The notes beneath the pieces are model-generated. The model was not told the origin of the DNA. It saw only the letters and a list, made by a program, of their open reading frames with translations, and did no database searches. A program made the position numbers and the translations under genes. Positions 42,816 through 54,001 of a DNA stretch of 64,000 nt are shown here, piece after piece. Position 1 is the stretch's first letter. Each line of letters opens with the position of its first letter. Origin of the DNA: Nitrosopumilus sp. (GTDB lineage Archaea; Thermoproteota; Nitrososphaeria; Nitrososphaerales; Nitrosopumilaceae); contig OZ243974.1 in NCBI GenBank assembly GCA_965214775.1, forward strand, positions 2,016,001-2,080,000. Direction: 5' to 3'.

Positions 42816-43367
42816 ATGGATGAGATTCTTCCGGTAAAGGGACAAATGGCATCAGGCCAGCAGGTGTTCATTTCTGATAGGGACATGGTTCATGACTTGG
42901 AACTCAAGGGTTTTGGGGAGACTGAAGATTCAAAACTGCTCTTAAAATCCTTTGAAACCTTGTATCTGCTTTACACAAAAAAACTTGTCCTGAAAAAGGG
43001 CAAGAGGCAGATTGACTTTGATTCCTACATGGGCGTTTGTCAGAAAAGTGATTCTGAAATTTTTACAAAATTTTTGATTTATCGAGATTTGAGAAACAGG
43101 GGGTATGTGGTCAAAGATGGGTTCGGATTTGGTTCGGACTTTCGTGTTTACGAGCGAGGACATTTTGGGCAAAAGGGTGCCAAATTCCTGATCTTTGGTC
43201 TTAATGAAGGACAACAAGAGAAAACGGGGCAAATGCAAAAAAAGATAGAAGAGATCACCCAAATGGGCAAGGAACCCATTGTTGCAGTGATTGAACGAAG
43301 GGGAGAAGTAATCTATTACAAAATCAACAGAATGAACTTTTATGAAAACAAAGCTGAATCTGGGTAG
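42816..43367 (+). CDS. endA: tRNA-intron endonuclease
   Basis: YRDLRNRGYVVKDGFGFGSDFRVY motif. Confidence 0.88.
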   Translation: MDEILPVKGQMASGQQVFISDRDMVHDLELKGFGETEDSKLLLKSFETLYLLYTKKLVLKKGKRQIDFDSYMGVCQKSDSEIFTKFLIYRDLRNRGYVVKDGFGFGSDFRVYERGHFGQKGAKFLIFGLNEGQQEKTGQMQKKIEEITQMGKEPIVAVIERRGEVIYYKINRMNFYENKAESG

Positions 43368-43368
43368 G

Positions 43369-44028
43369 CTACTCCTGTAATATCCACTCTGATGAGTATT
43401 TGAGAAGATTGTTGTTTTCAGCATACATGAAATCATAAACTTCGACATGCCTTGTTTTGTTGTCCCACAAATCCTCGAAATCTTTCATCTTCCTTTCGAC
43501 TCTGGATTTGTCGTTCCATGATGTAAACACGTCAACTGATTCAAAATCCCTTGTCTGAGTTGAAAATGACTCTCTTGACGTTCCGGTAAATGCCACTGCC
43601 TGATCTTGATCATCTCTGAAAATACCTATTCTTTCTGAAAATGAATCTGCAACTTGCTCGGAATTGGGGATTGCTATTTTCAACTCGACTTGCCCGTTAT
43701 CCACTATCTTTTGCAGTTTCTGAATCTTTGTGTCTTTGATAAATTTTCCATCAAACGTTTTGGTGTGTTTTTCTGAAAATAATTTTGCAAGCAGGTTGAG
43801 ATCAGACGTTCGAAACCTGTGGCCGGTAATCATTCTCAATCCTGCCTTTCCGCTGGCAAAATTATCAAACGCCATGGAAATCGTGGCCAGAGTCTGTATT
43901 GAGAGAAAATCCACGCATCTGTCATATTCGATGCAGTTGCTCAGACATGGGAAGAAAAACTCTGCAACAATGTCGTTTCTGTCTGAACGGTATTCTTCTT
44001 TCAGATTGACTTTACGTAAACCCAACAC
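43369..44028 (-). CDS. Stand-alone PLD-like domain (N-terminus of XPB/Rad25-like helicases)
   Basis: YRS..DIV.EFF.PCL...YDR; FSERIGIF.D...VAFTG (degenerate HKD). Confidence 0.7.
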   Translation of the reverse strand: MLGLRKVNLKEEYRSDRNDIVAEFFFPCLSNCIEYDRCVDFLSIQTLATISMAFDNFASGKAGLRMITGHRFRTSDLNLLAKLFSEKHTKTFDGKFIKDTKIQKLQKIVDNGQVELKIAIPNSEQVADSFSERIGIFRDDQDQAVAFTGTSRESFSTQTRDFESVDVFTSWNDKSRVERKMKDFEDLWDNKTRHVEVYDFMYAENNNLLKYSSEWILQE

Positions 44029-44123
44029 TGGTAAAAAACAAAATTGCTATTTAAAGAAACATTTTGGGATTTTTTTTGAGTCCTGCTACATTTTTCAAGT
44101 TAAGATAAAGTTACCTGTTTTTT

Positions 44124-44244
44124 CAATCTTCCCAGAAGTTCCCAGAAAAACGGCTCCACATTTGACACAATTCAGATTATGATGCCTGCAGATCCGCATG
44201 CAGCCGTCTGCACTATCATGAGTCAGTTACATCTGTGAAGGCTG
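44124..44244. mobile_element. Degenerate 121-bp ISH3-type MITE
   Basis: CAATCTTCCCAGAAGT ... ACATCTGTGAAGGCTG; interior similar to 4233-4353. Confidence 0.82.
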
Positions 44245-44751
44245 TCTTTGACATTTCAAGTATGTTTGAAGCGCGGGATACCATGTCATCATCAGAGCAT
44301 GGTTGCAGAACATTGGCATCCATGCGAAAAGGATCTCAGGACAGATTGAGATTGCTGCTTTCTGCCTGATCTGACGCAGATGTGCTGGATTGGCTTTGTC
44401 ATTCGAGCCTGTTTGGAATTGAACCAAAGTCAGCCAAGTGAAAAGTAAATGAGATTTGTTGTTTTGTAATGATATTGAGGCATCGTGCCTCCTGCCCAAC
44501 TTCTGTTTTTACTTGATTTCTCAGTACTTTTCACTTGGCTGAAAGTTCAGAACAGTTTATGAATGCCGTCCTTGCAAGATTATTTGATTTTATTTGGCGA
44601 TTCAAAACAAGAGACTGCAACAGTTCATGGAAGAATTTGTATCAAGACTGGTCAAAGACTATCCTGATGAAATCGTCTCCTTTGTGTTGTTTGGTTCTGC
44701 AACAACCGGGGAGTGGGTTTGTGGCAAGTCTGACATTGACTGTATGGTAAT

Positions 44752-46333
44752 AGACTTTATGCGTAATCGACCGTGATTAAAAATTCCGTAGGCTTTTCCA
44801 AACGCAAATGCGCTGATCGGATCAAGTTACCGCATGCATCTCGTGTCATGACGCACGTAAAAGCCAGTTGCGCCAAAAGAACGTGCGCAACCATGCAGCA
44901 CGGCAATGTGCCCCTTTGACAAGTCAGAAAGAATGGCGGTCCGTACCGCCGTATGTCATGTGTCTGGCAGCAGATGCAGCTGCTGCAGCAGCTGGCCATA
45001 GTGTTTTTTCCTTTTCAGCATAGTCTTGAGGTTCTCAAGACCCGTGATTATCTGCATGAAATAGTTTAGATCCTTGGCAGTTCCGCCAAACGGCATGGTA
45101 AGAATGCCATATCTTTTGAGCCGTCCTATGTGGTGCTCCACCCTGACGCGAACCCTGCTTATCTGCCTGCGGCGCCTCTTTTGTGTTGCAGTAAGATCCC
45201 CGTCCCTGGGCTTCTTTGGGGGCTGCCTGTGTATGGCGCCCGGAAGCATCTTTTGAATGCCCTCAAATCCCAGGTCGCTGTAAATCACAAACGCCTCTTC
45301 CGGATCGTCTGCGTTTTTTGCATTCCTCATTGATCCGGTGTGCCTTCCAAAGTCCGGGCCGCCCCCTGCGTTCATCACGCCCTTGTCGTTGACGCTTCCG
45401 TCCACAGTCTTGCCGCAGTGCAGTATGAGGCCGTCCAGGTTCGAGGTAATTATCGTGTTGAACATGTGCCGCTTTTTTCTTCCCGAGTATCTGGTCTTTC
45501 TTGCGGTCCTGTCCCCGGGCCTGTCTACCGGAGTCAGGGTGCCGTCAATCAGGAGCGTCTTTTTTGGGATCAGCACCTCCTCCAGCTTGCCTGCCGGGGT
45601 CTTGCAGATGATGCTTGTTAGCTTTTCGGAGGCAGGCAGGAGCCGGCGCAGTAACACGGCACCGTACCGGAGGTACCTGGACATTGTGGACTGGTCGACG
45701 TCAAATGTCGCGGCCAGATGATGCTGCGTTGCCTTGGTCCTTATGCTCATGAGTACTGCAAGCAGCGCGTGCCTGATGTACAGCTTGCACCGGTTTCCGG
45801 CATCGCCGCCTCTTACGTCGTCCTCCCAGAACAGGGGTCTGTCCTCGTCGTCCATGACTTCTTCCGTAAAGCGCTCCAGTATGATCGTAAATGACTCCTT
45901 TGTGCATCCCGTGACGTTGCAAAGGCGCACCGGATCGCCGATTATGCCGTCTGCAACCTCGATTGCGTGCATCCGCAGAGGCGTCCCGCCGCGCACGACT
46001 CTTTTTGTCTTGTTTTCTTCGGACTGCCACAACGAGTCCTCAAACGCAAGCTGCTTCCTCATACGCTCGTTTTGCTTGGACATCTGTTTGTTTTGCTTGG
46101 ATACCTGCTCGTGTTGCTCGACTAGCATCTCGTGTTGCGCTTGTAACGCTTGAAATGCTTGGAGAGTCTTGTCATTTGAGCCCATACAGTTAGGGAATCA
46201 TACAGATCTTTAGGGTTGTTGGTGTGCAAATAATGATCTATTGTGTCGTATTTTTAGATCAGATGGGCCGATTACGCATAAAGTCTTTTGTGTCGTATTT
46301 TTAGATCAGATGGGCCGATTACGCATAAAGTCT
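44752..46333 (-). mobile_element. IS5-like (DDE_Tnp_4) element, transposase 44956-46185
   Basis: TIR AGACTTTATGCGTAATCG; TSD AAT; IDGT, YSGRKK, DLGFEG, RVRVEH. Confidence 0.9.
46241..46333. repeat. Tandem duplication (46 bp) of the IS end including its TIR
   Basis: 46241-46286 identical to 46288-46333. Confidence 0.92.
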
Positions 46334-47278
46334 AATAATAAAAAACAAAAAACTCTGCAAAGAAATCGAAAAACACCTGAGCAAACTCTTGCTTGAACTT
46401 GATGCAAAACACAGCCTAAAACTATCTGAAACGTGCACATCGTACAAAAAGACTGGCAACCCTGCATTGAATCTCATCTTCAGGACTGAAAGCAAAATGA
46501 TGTTTGGACAGCCGTTTTATGTGGTAGCTCAAGATCAGCTTGACCTGGGGGGATTCAAGATAAGAAAAGATCTCAAAATCGAAATCGGCACAAGAACCAT
46601 AGCGTCGCTTGGACTGTTTTTGCAGAGGATAAAGAGCACGGGAATCATCCTATATGGCAGAGACATTAGAAAGGAAATTCCAAAAACGGTTCCAGAGATT
46701 GAAAAAGTAAAGGCGTTATTTAACGCAATGCTTCTCCTGATGATGAGTTTTGTAATCTTTCCATACAGTCCAAAGTCTGCTTTTTTTCATGCGGTAAAGG
46801 CAAACTTTTGGGCATGCGATGACGTGCTTTTTGCATTAGACAGGCCCCTCTCAACAACTACACAAGAAATAGCGGAAATCTGCTTTCTTTTTAACAAGTC
46901 TGGGATTGATTCGGATCATCTGATGCGATCACTGGAATACAAGAAAGCCAATGATGACACGCCGATGAAGAAGGGGTTTGTCATACAATACATGCTAAAG
47001 AGCACAAAGTTTGTTTATGGGCTGTATGCGGCTGCCTTGAGAAAATTGTTCAAGTTGTAGTGGTGATCTGGATTGGAAAATGAAAACTAGAATTCAAACC
47101 TGTCAGCCAAACTATCATGTTGGATCCTTTTTGCGTTTCAATAATCTGGTTTGACACGTCTGATTTGGATATTGCATGACAATACGCGTATGAGACCGCC
47201 TATCACTGCTGGCCAAGTATGAAAATCATGACTGCATGTGGATTCACGCCTATCTGCCAAGTGGAGGTGGTCTCGTAC

Positions 47279-47369
47279 GTACGAGTTTACCCCTCACCTG
47301 AGATACGATGTGGCAGGCGTGATCATGAAGGCTCCAGACACCAGTGACGCCTAAGGGGTAAACTCGTAC
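47279..47369. mobile_element. 91-bp IS66 family-1 MITE (GTACGAG variant)
   Basis: GTACGAGTTTACCCCT / AGGGGTAAACTCGTAC; 9-bp TSD GTCTCGTAC. Confidence 0.92.
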
Positions 47370-47508
47370 GTCTCGTACAACCGAATAATCGTAACCGTAT
47401 GTGTCTCAACAAAATTCAGATGGTGCCAAAATAAATGGCAACGCAGACAAACAGACTGCCGCAAAAAAGAGGACACATGTGAAATCAAAGGCGGTGCAAC
47501 AGCAACAA

Positions 47509-47606
47509 CTGCAGTATGTCAGCCTGGACGTGAACAAGGAGTTCATCTAGTTGTAGTGATGGACAAGAACGGCAAGGTGCTGAGGAACACAAGAATCAAC
47601 AACAAG
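47509..47606 (+). pseudogene. IS110 transposase 5' relic
   Basis: LQYVSLDVNKEF*...MDKNGKVLRNTRINN resembles the N-termini of the intact IS110 ORFs. Confidence 0.6.
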
Positions 47607-47819
47607 AGACTTTATGCGTAATCGGTTCAGATCTGGGGTTATTACGAACGAATTGTAACAGGTTAGCCCCTGCCTAGAGTTGGAGTCACGTCCCTTGCCG
47701 GCCAGGCATGAAAGCCACCACTGCAGGCAGATTGTGCCTGACTGCTGCCTAGGCAGGGGCTATCCTATTGCAATTTGTTCGTAATAATCCTAGATCTGAA
47801 CCGATTACGCATAAAGTCT
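47607..47819. mobile_element. Palindromic MITE (44752-family ends) enclosing an IS66-like mini-element 47655-47771
   Basis: 48-bp inverted arms AGACTTTATGCGTAATCGGTTCAGATCT...; inner GTAACAGG.TAGCCCCTGCCTAG / CTAGGCAGGGGCTATCCTATTGC. Confidence 0.8.
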
Positions 47820-47917
47820 AATGACGGCAGTGAGTCGGTTCGGGCTTTGCAGACCCTGATCATACATGAACGAACCTGCATCATATGGATGCCATGTGAA
47901 ATCCCATCGGCATCCCG

Positions 47918-48086
47918 GGAGTTGATCCGGAATTAAAAGCGTGCGAATCATTTCCCGGATTTTTCTACTGTGCATATGCCAGGTAACTCATAGGCAGTTT
48001 ATCATCTGCAGGCATCCTAATCGATTTGATGCAAGCAGGCTTGTTCATGCGTCACGACCCGAGTCTGCTGGTTTCGAATCAACTCT
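47918..48086. mobile_element. MITE of the 33526-34684 IS family
   Basis: GGAGTTGATCCGGAAT / TTTCGAATCAACTCT; TSD CCG. Confidence 0.75.
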
Positions 48087-48167
48087 CCGGCAAACGTGGT
48101 TTTCATATGACACGGTAATGATTGGCCGTAATGGCAAATTTTTATTGAGTGCAATCTACAAGACTGT

Positions 48168-48653
48168 ATGGGGCGCGGACTATTCCTGGATCGTGACGGC
48201 GTATTGAATTTTAAGGCCGAGTCCTACGTGACAGGAGCAGATGAGCTGGTATTGCTTCCGGATGTGGGAAAGCACTTGAGGAAATTTCAGGAATGCGGCT
48301 TTCAGCTGTTTGTGATTACCAACCAGTCTGCAATAAATCGAGGACTGCTAAGCCGTGAGACCCTGAATGAGATCCACCAAAAACTGCTACGCCAGTTATC
48401 CGCAGATGGCGTTACTGTAAAAAAAATCTACTACTACCCGCACAGACCAGAAGAAAAGTGCGCATGCCGCAAACCGAAAAATGCATTATTTGAAAAGGCC
48501 CTAAGGGATAACAGTCTTGATCCTTCACAGTCTTGGATGATAGGGGATTCAGACTCCGATATCGAAACTGCAATCGCTTCCGGCATAAATCCATTTAAAA
48601 TAAAAACCAATTCTTCCCTGCTGGCCTGTGCTGAGAAGATATTAAATGGCTGA
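48168..48653 (+). CDS. HAD-IIIA phosphatase, GmhB/HisB-like
   Basis: LDRDGVL, TNQS, YPH....CACRKP, IGDS.SD. Confidence 0.9.
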   Translation: MGRGLFLDRDGVLNFKAESYVTGADELVLLPDVGKHLRKFQECGFQLFVITNQSAINRGLLSRETLNEIHQKLLRQLSADGVTVKKIYYYPHRPEEKCACRKPKNALFEKALRDNSLDPSQSWMIGDSDSDIETAIASGINPFKIKTNSSLLACAEKILNG

Positions 48654-48823
48654 AATTGTTTGTTTTGAGCCCCAAATACGAGATCACTGCCTGCCGTTTT
48701 TTCTTTAATAAAAGAACCGGGAGGTTATGCAGTACTGGGATCCAAAGTAGTTTGCCCACCTTCTTCACTTGTTGGCATTGCGTCCCCCTGCTGAGAGGTG
48801 ATCCGAAATTGGAAGCCGTACGA

Positions 48824-50173
48824 CAGTAGACGGAAATGTACCCCCTTTAAATACGTCTGACAGACGACAGCGTAAAAAAATCTACCAAAAATGTAAACAA
48901 ATCTAGATCACACAGATCAACTGTAAGGCGCCCCTACCCGCTATAGTGATTGGACAAAATAGCGGGCAAAAGCACCGCATCAACATGGGCAACAGGGTGC
49001 TTAATACCTTGGCAAACATCATAGGCGGCGGGGGCGAGATCAAGTTCTCCAAGCAGCATAACGCGCTATACGGACTGTCACAGTTTGTGATGATCCTGGC
49101 ATCCATGTGCAAATCAGGCCAGACTGCAACAGAGAGCGTGATAGAGTTTGAAGACAGCGAGAACCTGCCCACTGCCAGGTGGTTTCACGGAATGGTCCGA
49201 ACCGCAGGCCTTGACGGAATAAGACAGATTTGCGATGACCTGATGGATATTGCAATCAAGGCCGCCAAAAAGGGCGGCATTCACAGTAACGGCCCCGTCA
49301 TGATTGCAATAGACAAGCACGAGATACCGCGGTATGACAAGGACAACATGAAGTATCTGATAAGATCAAAGCCCAAAAAGGGAACAAGCAAGTTCGAGGC
49401 GTATGCGACCATGCAGGCAGTCGACTCTCCTGTCAATGCCACGCTCGGATGCATTCCGCTCACAAGGGAGGACTTTGACGCCGATTTCGTGCGTAAATTT
49501 GTGAATATTCTCAGGAAATCAAACATAATGTACCGGCTCTTTCTGCTGGATCGGGAGTTCTACTCAGTTGACATAATGACAGAGATGTATCGTGCAGGAA
49601 AAAAGTTCCTGATGCCTGCAATCAAGAATGCCACAGTAAAGAATGCAATAGAGGCGGCACACGCAGCAGGCAAGACCAAGGGGAGCTGCGTGTCTGATTT
49701 TACCATTACAAACCGCAAAGGCAAGACCGCATCATTTAACCTGGTCATCGTGCCGTCTGCCATGCACGGGCAGGAGGGCAAGACAGTAGTGGAACAGTAC
49801 GTGGCATTTGCCACCAACCTCCCGTTCTCCAACGCACTGCACGAGATCGATACTGCCTCACCGGACTACCGGAAGAGGTGGGGCATAGAGACAGGATACA
49901 GGCAGATAGAGCAGATACGGGCCAAGACCATAAGCAGGAACCAGGACATCAGACTGCTTGTATTTTTTGTGTCTGTCTTTGTGTACAACATGTGGGCCAT
50001 CGAGCGCAACAGGGACGACATATGGTGTGCGAGAAGGGATCTTACGTTATTGCGGGTTTCATGCGCGCTTCTCATGGCTGCTAGAAGGAATCTTGCAGAA
50101 TACGGGTTTGCCGGCCCGCCACTGCCGCCGTAGGGTCGAGGTGGCCTTTGGGGGGTTACATTTCCGTCTACTG
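48824..50173 (+). mobile_element. ISH3-family IS (transposase 48946-50133)
   Basis: TIR CAGTAGACGGAAATGTA; IAIDKH, LDREF, YRKRWGIETGYR; preceded by an isolated IS5-like end at 48794. Confidence 0.9.
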
Positions 50174-50389
50174 GATAAGGGGGCGAACTACTTTTCGAAT
50201 CCCACACAATCTGCAGGTGTTTTAATCGATTTAATGCAAGTTTGCTTATGCATGAGCTTTTGCGATCCTCAAGTCAGACAGAGATGACGGAGCAGCAGGA
50301 AGGGGCCATGACGGTCTTTTTGCGGGCACTTGTGCAGGCGCTAGAGGACGGTTCGATCATCTGCAGGCACCGCCTGCGGTTCCAGTCGG

Positions 50390-51571
50390 TCAGTCAGGGG
50401 ATGATTTGGGGGGGGGGGGCTCGGGGTGGGCGGAGGCGTGCTGTGCACGGACGCCGCCTTCCGTGAAGTCCGGATGCCCTTCCTTACCGCATACATCCCT
50501 TATGCACCGGCCCAGCTGCCTGCCTGCCTGATCAATCGACAGCCTTTCAATATAGTGCCGCCTCCCCTGCATGGCCACGCGCCTCCTGAGGACGTCGTCG
50601 TCCCTCAGCTGCAGGATGCACCGGGCCAGCTCCTCAGGCGAGTCGGACTGTACCAGCATGCAGTTTTTCTTGTCTGCCAGGCCGGCCTCGCGTGTCGCGG
50701 GCGTGCTTATTGTAATCAGGGGCTTGGCCGATGACAGGGTCTGGTTGATCTTGTTTAACATGGATCCCTTGCATTTGTCGCTTGTGCCAAACACCCCCAG
50801 ACACGCGTCGCTGTCCTTTATCTGCTGTGCAAGTGACAGAGCCGGAAGCATTCCACGAAATCTTATGTTAGAAAGGCCGGCCTCCTCGGCGTACCGCCTC
50901 ACTACTGGCTCGTCCTGGCCGCTGCCGCAGAAGACAAACGTTATGTCCTTTTCACCACGCAGGCGGTCGGCCGCCTCCGTTATGACCTTGGTGCCGTATG
51001 TGGGAATGAACGTTCCAAAATACAGCACGACGAACTCGTCCGTCCTCTCCTTGAACGGAAGCGGTGCAAAAAGCGGCTCGTATGCGGCAGGCCAGAGCCG
51101 GCGGAACCTTTCCCTCGGTAGGCCGTACTCCCTGACAAAGTAGTCGATCTGAAAGGTGCTCTCCGTTATTGCCAGATCCGCCCATCTGCAGGCGGTTCTT
51201 TCTGCAAAGTGGGCGAACTTGGCCCTCAGCGAGTTTTTGGGTAAGTTATAGGCATCTGTCAGCGAGGCGTAGATTGGGATTGGGGTAAAATAGATTATGG
51301 GCCCCCTGTGAACCAACCTGGCAAGGGGAAGTGTGATTATTCCGCGCCACGGGATTATCATAACGTCATAGCTGATCCTTCTGTGCTTTAGAAACAGCCG
51401 GATGTACGCCTTGATGGCCGAGCCGTAGGAATGACAGTCCTCGTGGCATTCCACGGTTTCAAAGCCCTGCGACTCGCAGATTACCTTTAGCAGTTCCCCA
51501 CTGCTGTTAGACGGAATACCGTTAGTCGATCTGGCGTAGGAGCCAAAAAGACACACCCTCATGGAATGCAA
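50390..51571 (-). CDS. Glycosyltransferase family 4
   Basis: YFGTFIPTYG, CGSG, LGVFG...NK..Q, GT-B C-terminal helix. Confidence 0.88.
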   Translation of the reverse strand: MHSMRVCLFGSYARSTNGIPSNSSGELLKVICESQGFETVECHEDCHSYGSAIKAYIRLFLKHRRISYDVMIIPWRGIITLPLARLVHRGPIIYFTPIPIYASLTDAYNLPKNSLRAKFAHFAERTACRWADLAITESTFQIDYFVREYGLPRERFRRLWPAAYEPLFAPLPFKERTDEFVVLYFGTFIPTYGTKVITEAADRLRGEKDITFVFCGSGQDEPVVRRYAEEAGLSNIRFRGMLPALSLAQQIKDSDACLGVFGTSDKCKGSMLNKINQTLSSAKPLITISTPATREAGLADKKNCMLVQSDSPEELARCILQLRDDDVLRRRVAMQGRRHYIERLSIDQAGRQLGRCIRDVCGKEGHPDFTEGGVRAQHASAHPEPPPPKSSPD

Positions 51572-51672
51572 GGTACGGGCTGATCATAATAGTCTTTCCA
51601 GCAACAGCTCGGACTCGAAGCCATTCCTGATTTTAGTCGTGAATTTGCCGCCTCGTAAACTCGGCAGCAGCC

Positions 51673-53224
51673 GTAAGAGTTTACCCCTTACCTATTTGGT
51701 GAATTCTTTCTGACCACCCGATCTATAAGATAGTAGTACCTAGGAAAATGCATGTCATCAGGCTCGGAGGTCAAGATACTGCGCGACGAGATTGCATGTC
51801 TCATAGCCGAGTGCGGAAAGAATGAGAAAACCATCGCCGATCTGCAGCAGGTAGTAGTCAAAGATGCCACAGAGAAGGCCGAGCTTGCAACACAGGTCGT
51901 GCTGCTGACGGCAGAAAACCAGCAGCTCAAACAGCACATCAAATATTACGAGAACCCGCACACCCCATCCTCGCAGAACTCGATTCCGACCAGGCAGCAA
52001 AAGGCAGCTGCGGCAAAGGCATCAGGCAACGTACCGGCATCTGCAAAGGCAAAACCGGGCCGCAAACCGGGACACGAGGGAGTATCACACAAGAGAAAGC
52101 CGACTGAGTTTGTAAAGCACTGCCCCAAAAAGTGCGACAAGTGCAACAGCACCAACATGAAGAAGCCCGAAAAGTTGTTCTCAAAGACCGTGACTGAGAT
52201 CCCCAAGAAGCCCAAACCGGTCACGACAGAGCACACCGCATACAAACGCGAATGCGCCGACTGCGGCCACGTGTCAATCGAGGATGACAGGGACTGGAAC
52301 GTGCAGGGAACCGAGTTTGGACCAAACATTACGGGGATGATAACCTCAATGCACATGGCACCTGTCTCCATACAGGCCACGGCCACAATGTGCTCAGAAA
52401 TCCTGGACATGGATGTCTCAGAGGCAGGCGTGTTGCAGTGCCTGAGGGCCTGCACCAAGGCAATAAAACCCAGCGTAGAGGGCATCAAGCAGGCCATCCG
52501 GGATTCTGATTATCTGCATATTGACGAGACTGCCATGCCATACAACGGCAGGACGGCCCGCATATGGGTAATAGTGGGCAAGAACAAGGACGGCTCCACG
52601 ACCGGCGTCCACACGCTGGCCGCACCCAGCAGGGCCAGGGTCGTAGTGGATACGAACTTTCCGTATTATGATAAACCAGTTACAGTTGATGGGTACGGCG
52701 TATATGTCGTATTCAAGATCAGGCAGTGGTGCTGGGCACACATACTCCGGGAGGCCAAGGACGCCGGCAAGACTTCCCGGCAGGCCCACGCGCTGTATGA
52801 TGCCCTCAAGAAAAAATTTCTTTTTGCCAAGGGGCTGGGGCCACCACCACCACCGGAGGAGAAGAAGAACGGTGTCAGGCAGCAACAACACGACATGCTG
52901 GTAGTCGAGACACGCGCGCTGGCCGTAGCATTCAGGGAGGCAGGTTGCAAAAAATTTGCCACAAAGCTTGAGAATGCCTCAGAATACCTGTACACGTTCG
53001 TGCTGTATCCGGGCATGGAGCCCACCAACAACCTGGCCGAGCGCATGCTGAGGCCGTCCGTAATTGCGCGCAAGATATTCCAGGGACTCCGTACCATGGA
53101 GGGCATGGAGATGTTCACCGTACTGATGACGTGTACGATGAACTGGCGCGCCCAAGGGTGTAACGTGAGTGAGATGGTCGCCAAGACCCTGACTGGAAAC
53201 GTCGCCTGAGGGGTAAACTCTTAC
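51673..53224 (+). mobile_element. IS66-family single-ORF element, family 1 (intact transposase 51752-53209)
   Basis: TIR GTAAGAGTTTACCCCT; Zn finger, HIDET, VDGY, WCWAHI.R, PTNNLAERMLR; no TSD. Confidence 0.94.
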
Positions 53225-53272
53225 CCTGAATCAACTCGAAATACATTTAACGCCGTCCACCCTACGTGCCGT

Positions 53273-53851
53273 GTGCCTTTCACGTTCAAGCGGCTATCCA
53301 TCCCGGATGTAGTCCTTGTACAGGCAGAATATTGGCCAGACGAGCGTGGGTTTGTTCTAGAAAGCTTCAATGAATTTGCATTTGCATCTAGCGGCATAAT
53401 GACTAATAGGTTCGTGCAGGACAAATGTTCCCACTCGCGCAGAGGGGTTCTGCGCGGATTGCACTATCAGAAGGATCCGTACGCGCAGGCAAAGCTGGTC
53501 ATGGCAACAAGGGGCGAGATCTTTGACGTTGCAGTAGACATGCGACGGAACTCGCCGACGTATGGCAGGTGGGTGGCAGAGGTGCTCTCTGATCAGAATC
53601 ACAGGATGCTTTATGTGCCGGAGGGATTTGCGCACGGCACTTATGTGCAAAGCGACGTGGCAGACATCGTATACAAGACGAGCCGTGATTACTCACCTGA
53701 GAATGAACGAGGCATCATATGGAACGATCCAGACATAAACGTCAGGTGGCCTACAGGCGACCCGTTACTATCAGAAAAGGATCGGCATCAATCACTCCTG
53801 AGAGATGCTGACAACAACTTTGTTTGGCAGAAGCCAGCTGACCGAAGGTAA
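53273..53851 (+). CDS. rfbC: dTDP-4-dehydrorhamnose 3,5-epimerase
   Basis: DERG, GVLRGLHYQ, QAKLV, DVAVD.R..SPTYG, PEGFAHG. Confidence 0.95.
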   Translation: MPFTFKRLSIPDVVLVQAEYWPDERGFVLESFNEFAFASSGIMTNRFVQDKCSHSRRGVLRGLHYQKDPYAQAKLVMATRGEIFDVAVDMRRNSPTYGRWVAEVLSDQNHRMLYVPEGFAHGTYVQSDVADIVYKTSRDYSPENERGIIWNDPDINVRWPTGDPLLSEKDRHQSLLRDADNNFVWQKPADRR

Positions 53852-53874
53852 ATAGCTTGTTCTCCCTCCAGCTA

Positions 53875-53953
53875 TAGCAACGGGCAGAAGTCTTTGAGTC
53901 AAAGTAGGCCATAACTACACGTAAAAAACCTCAATTATTTCTGCTCGTTGCTA
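53875..53953. mobile_element. 79-bp IS630-type MITE (17415 family)
   Basis: TAGCAACG.GCAGAA / TTCTGCTCGTTGCTA; TA flanks. Confidence 0.85.
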
Positions 53954-54001
53954 TAAGTGAAATGTATAGTGCGGCGTTGTCCGGAATTTTTCCAGAAATC
54001 T

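Larger units (their letters stand above)
44594..47060 (+). pseudogene. Nucleotidyltransferase (pol-beta/MNT-like) split by IS
   Basis: LFGS...SDID; removing IS plus one AAT gives in-frame CMVIIKNKKLCKEIEKHLSKLLLELD. Confidence 0.85.
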
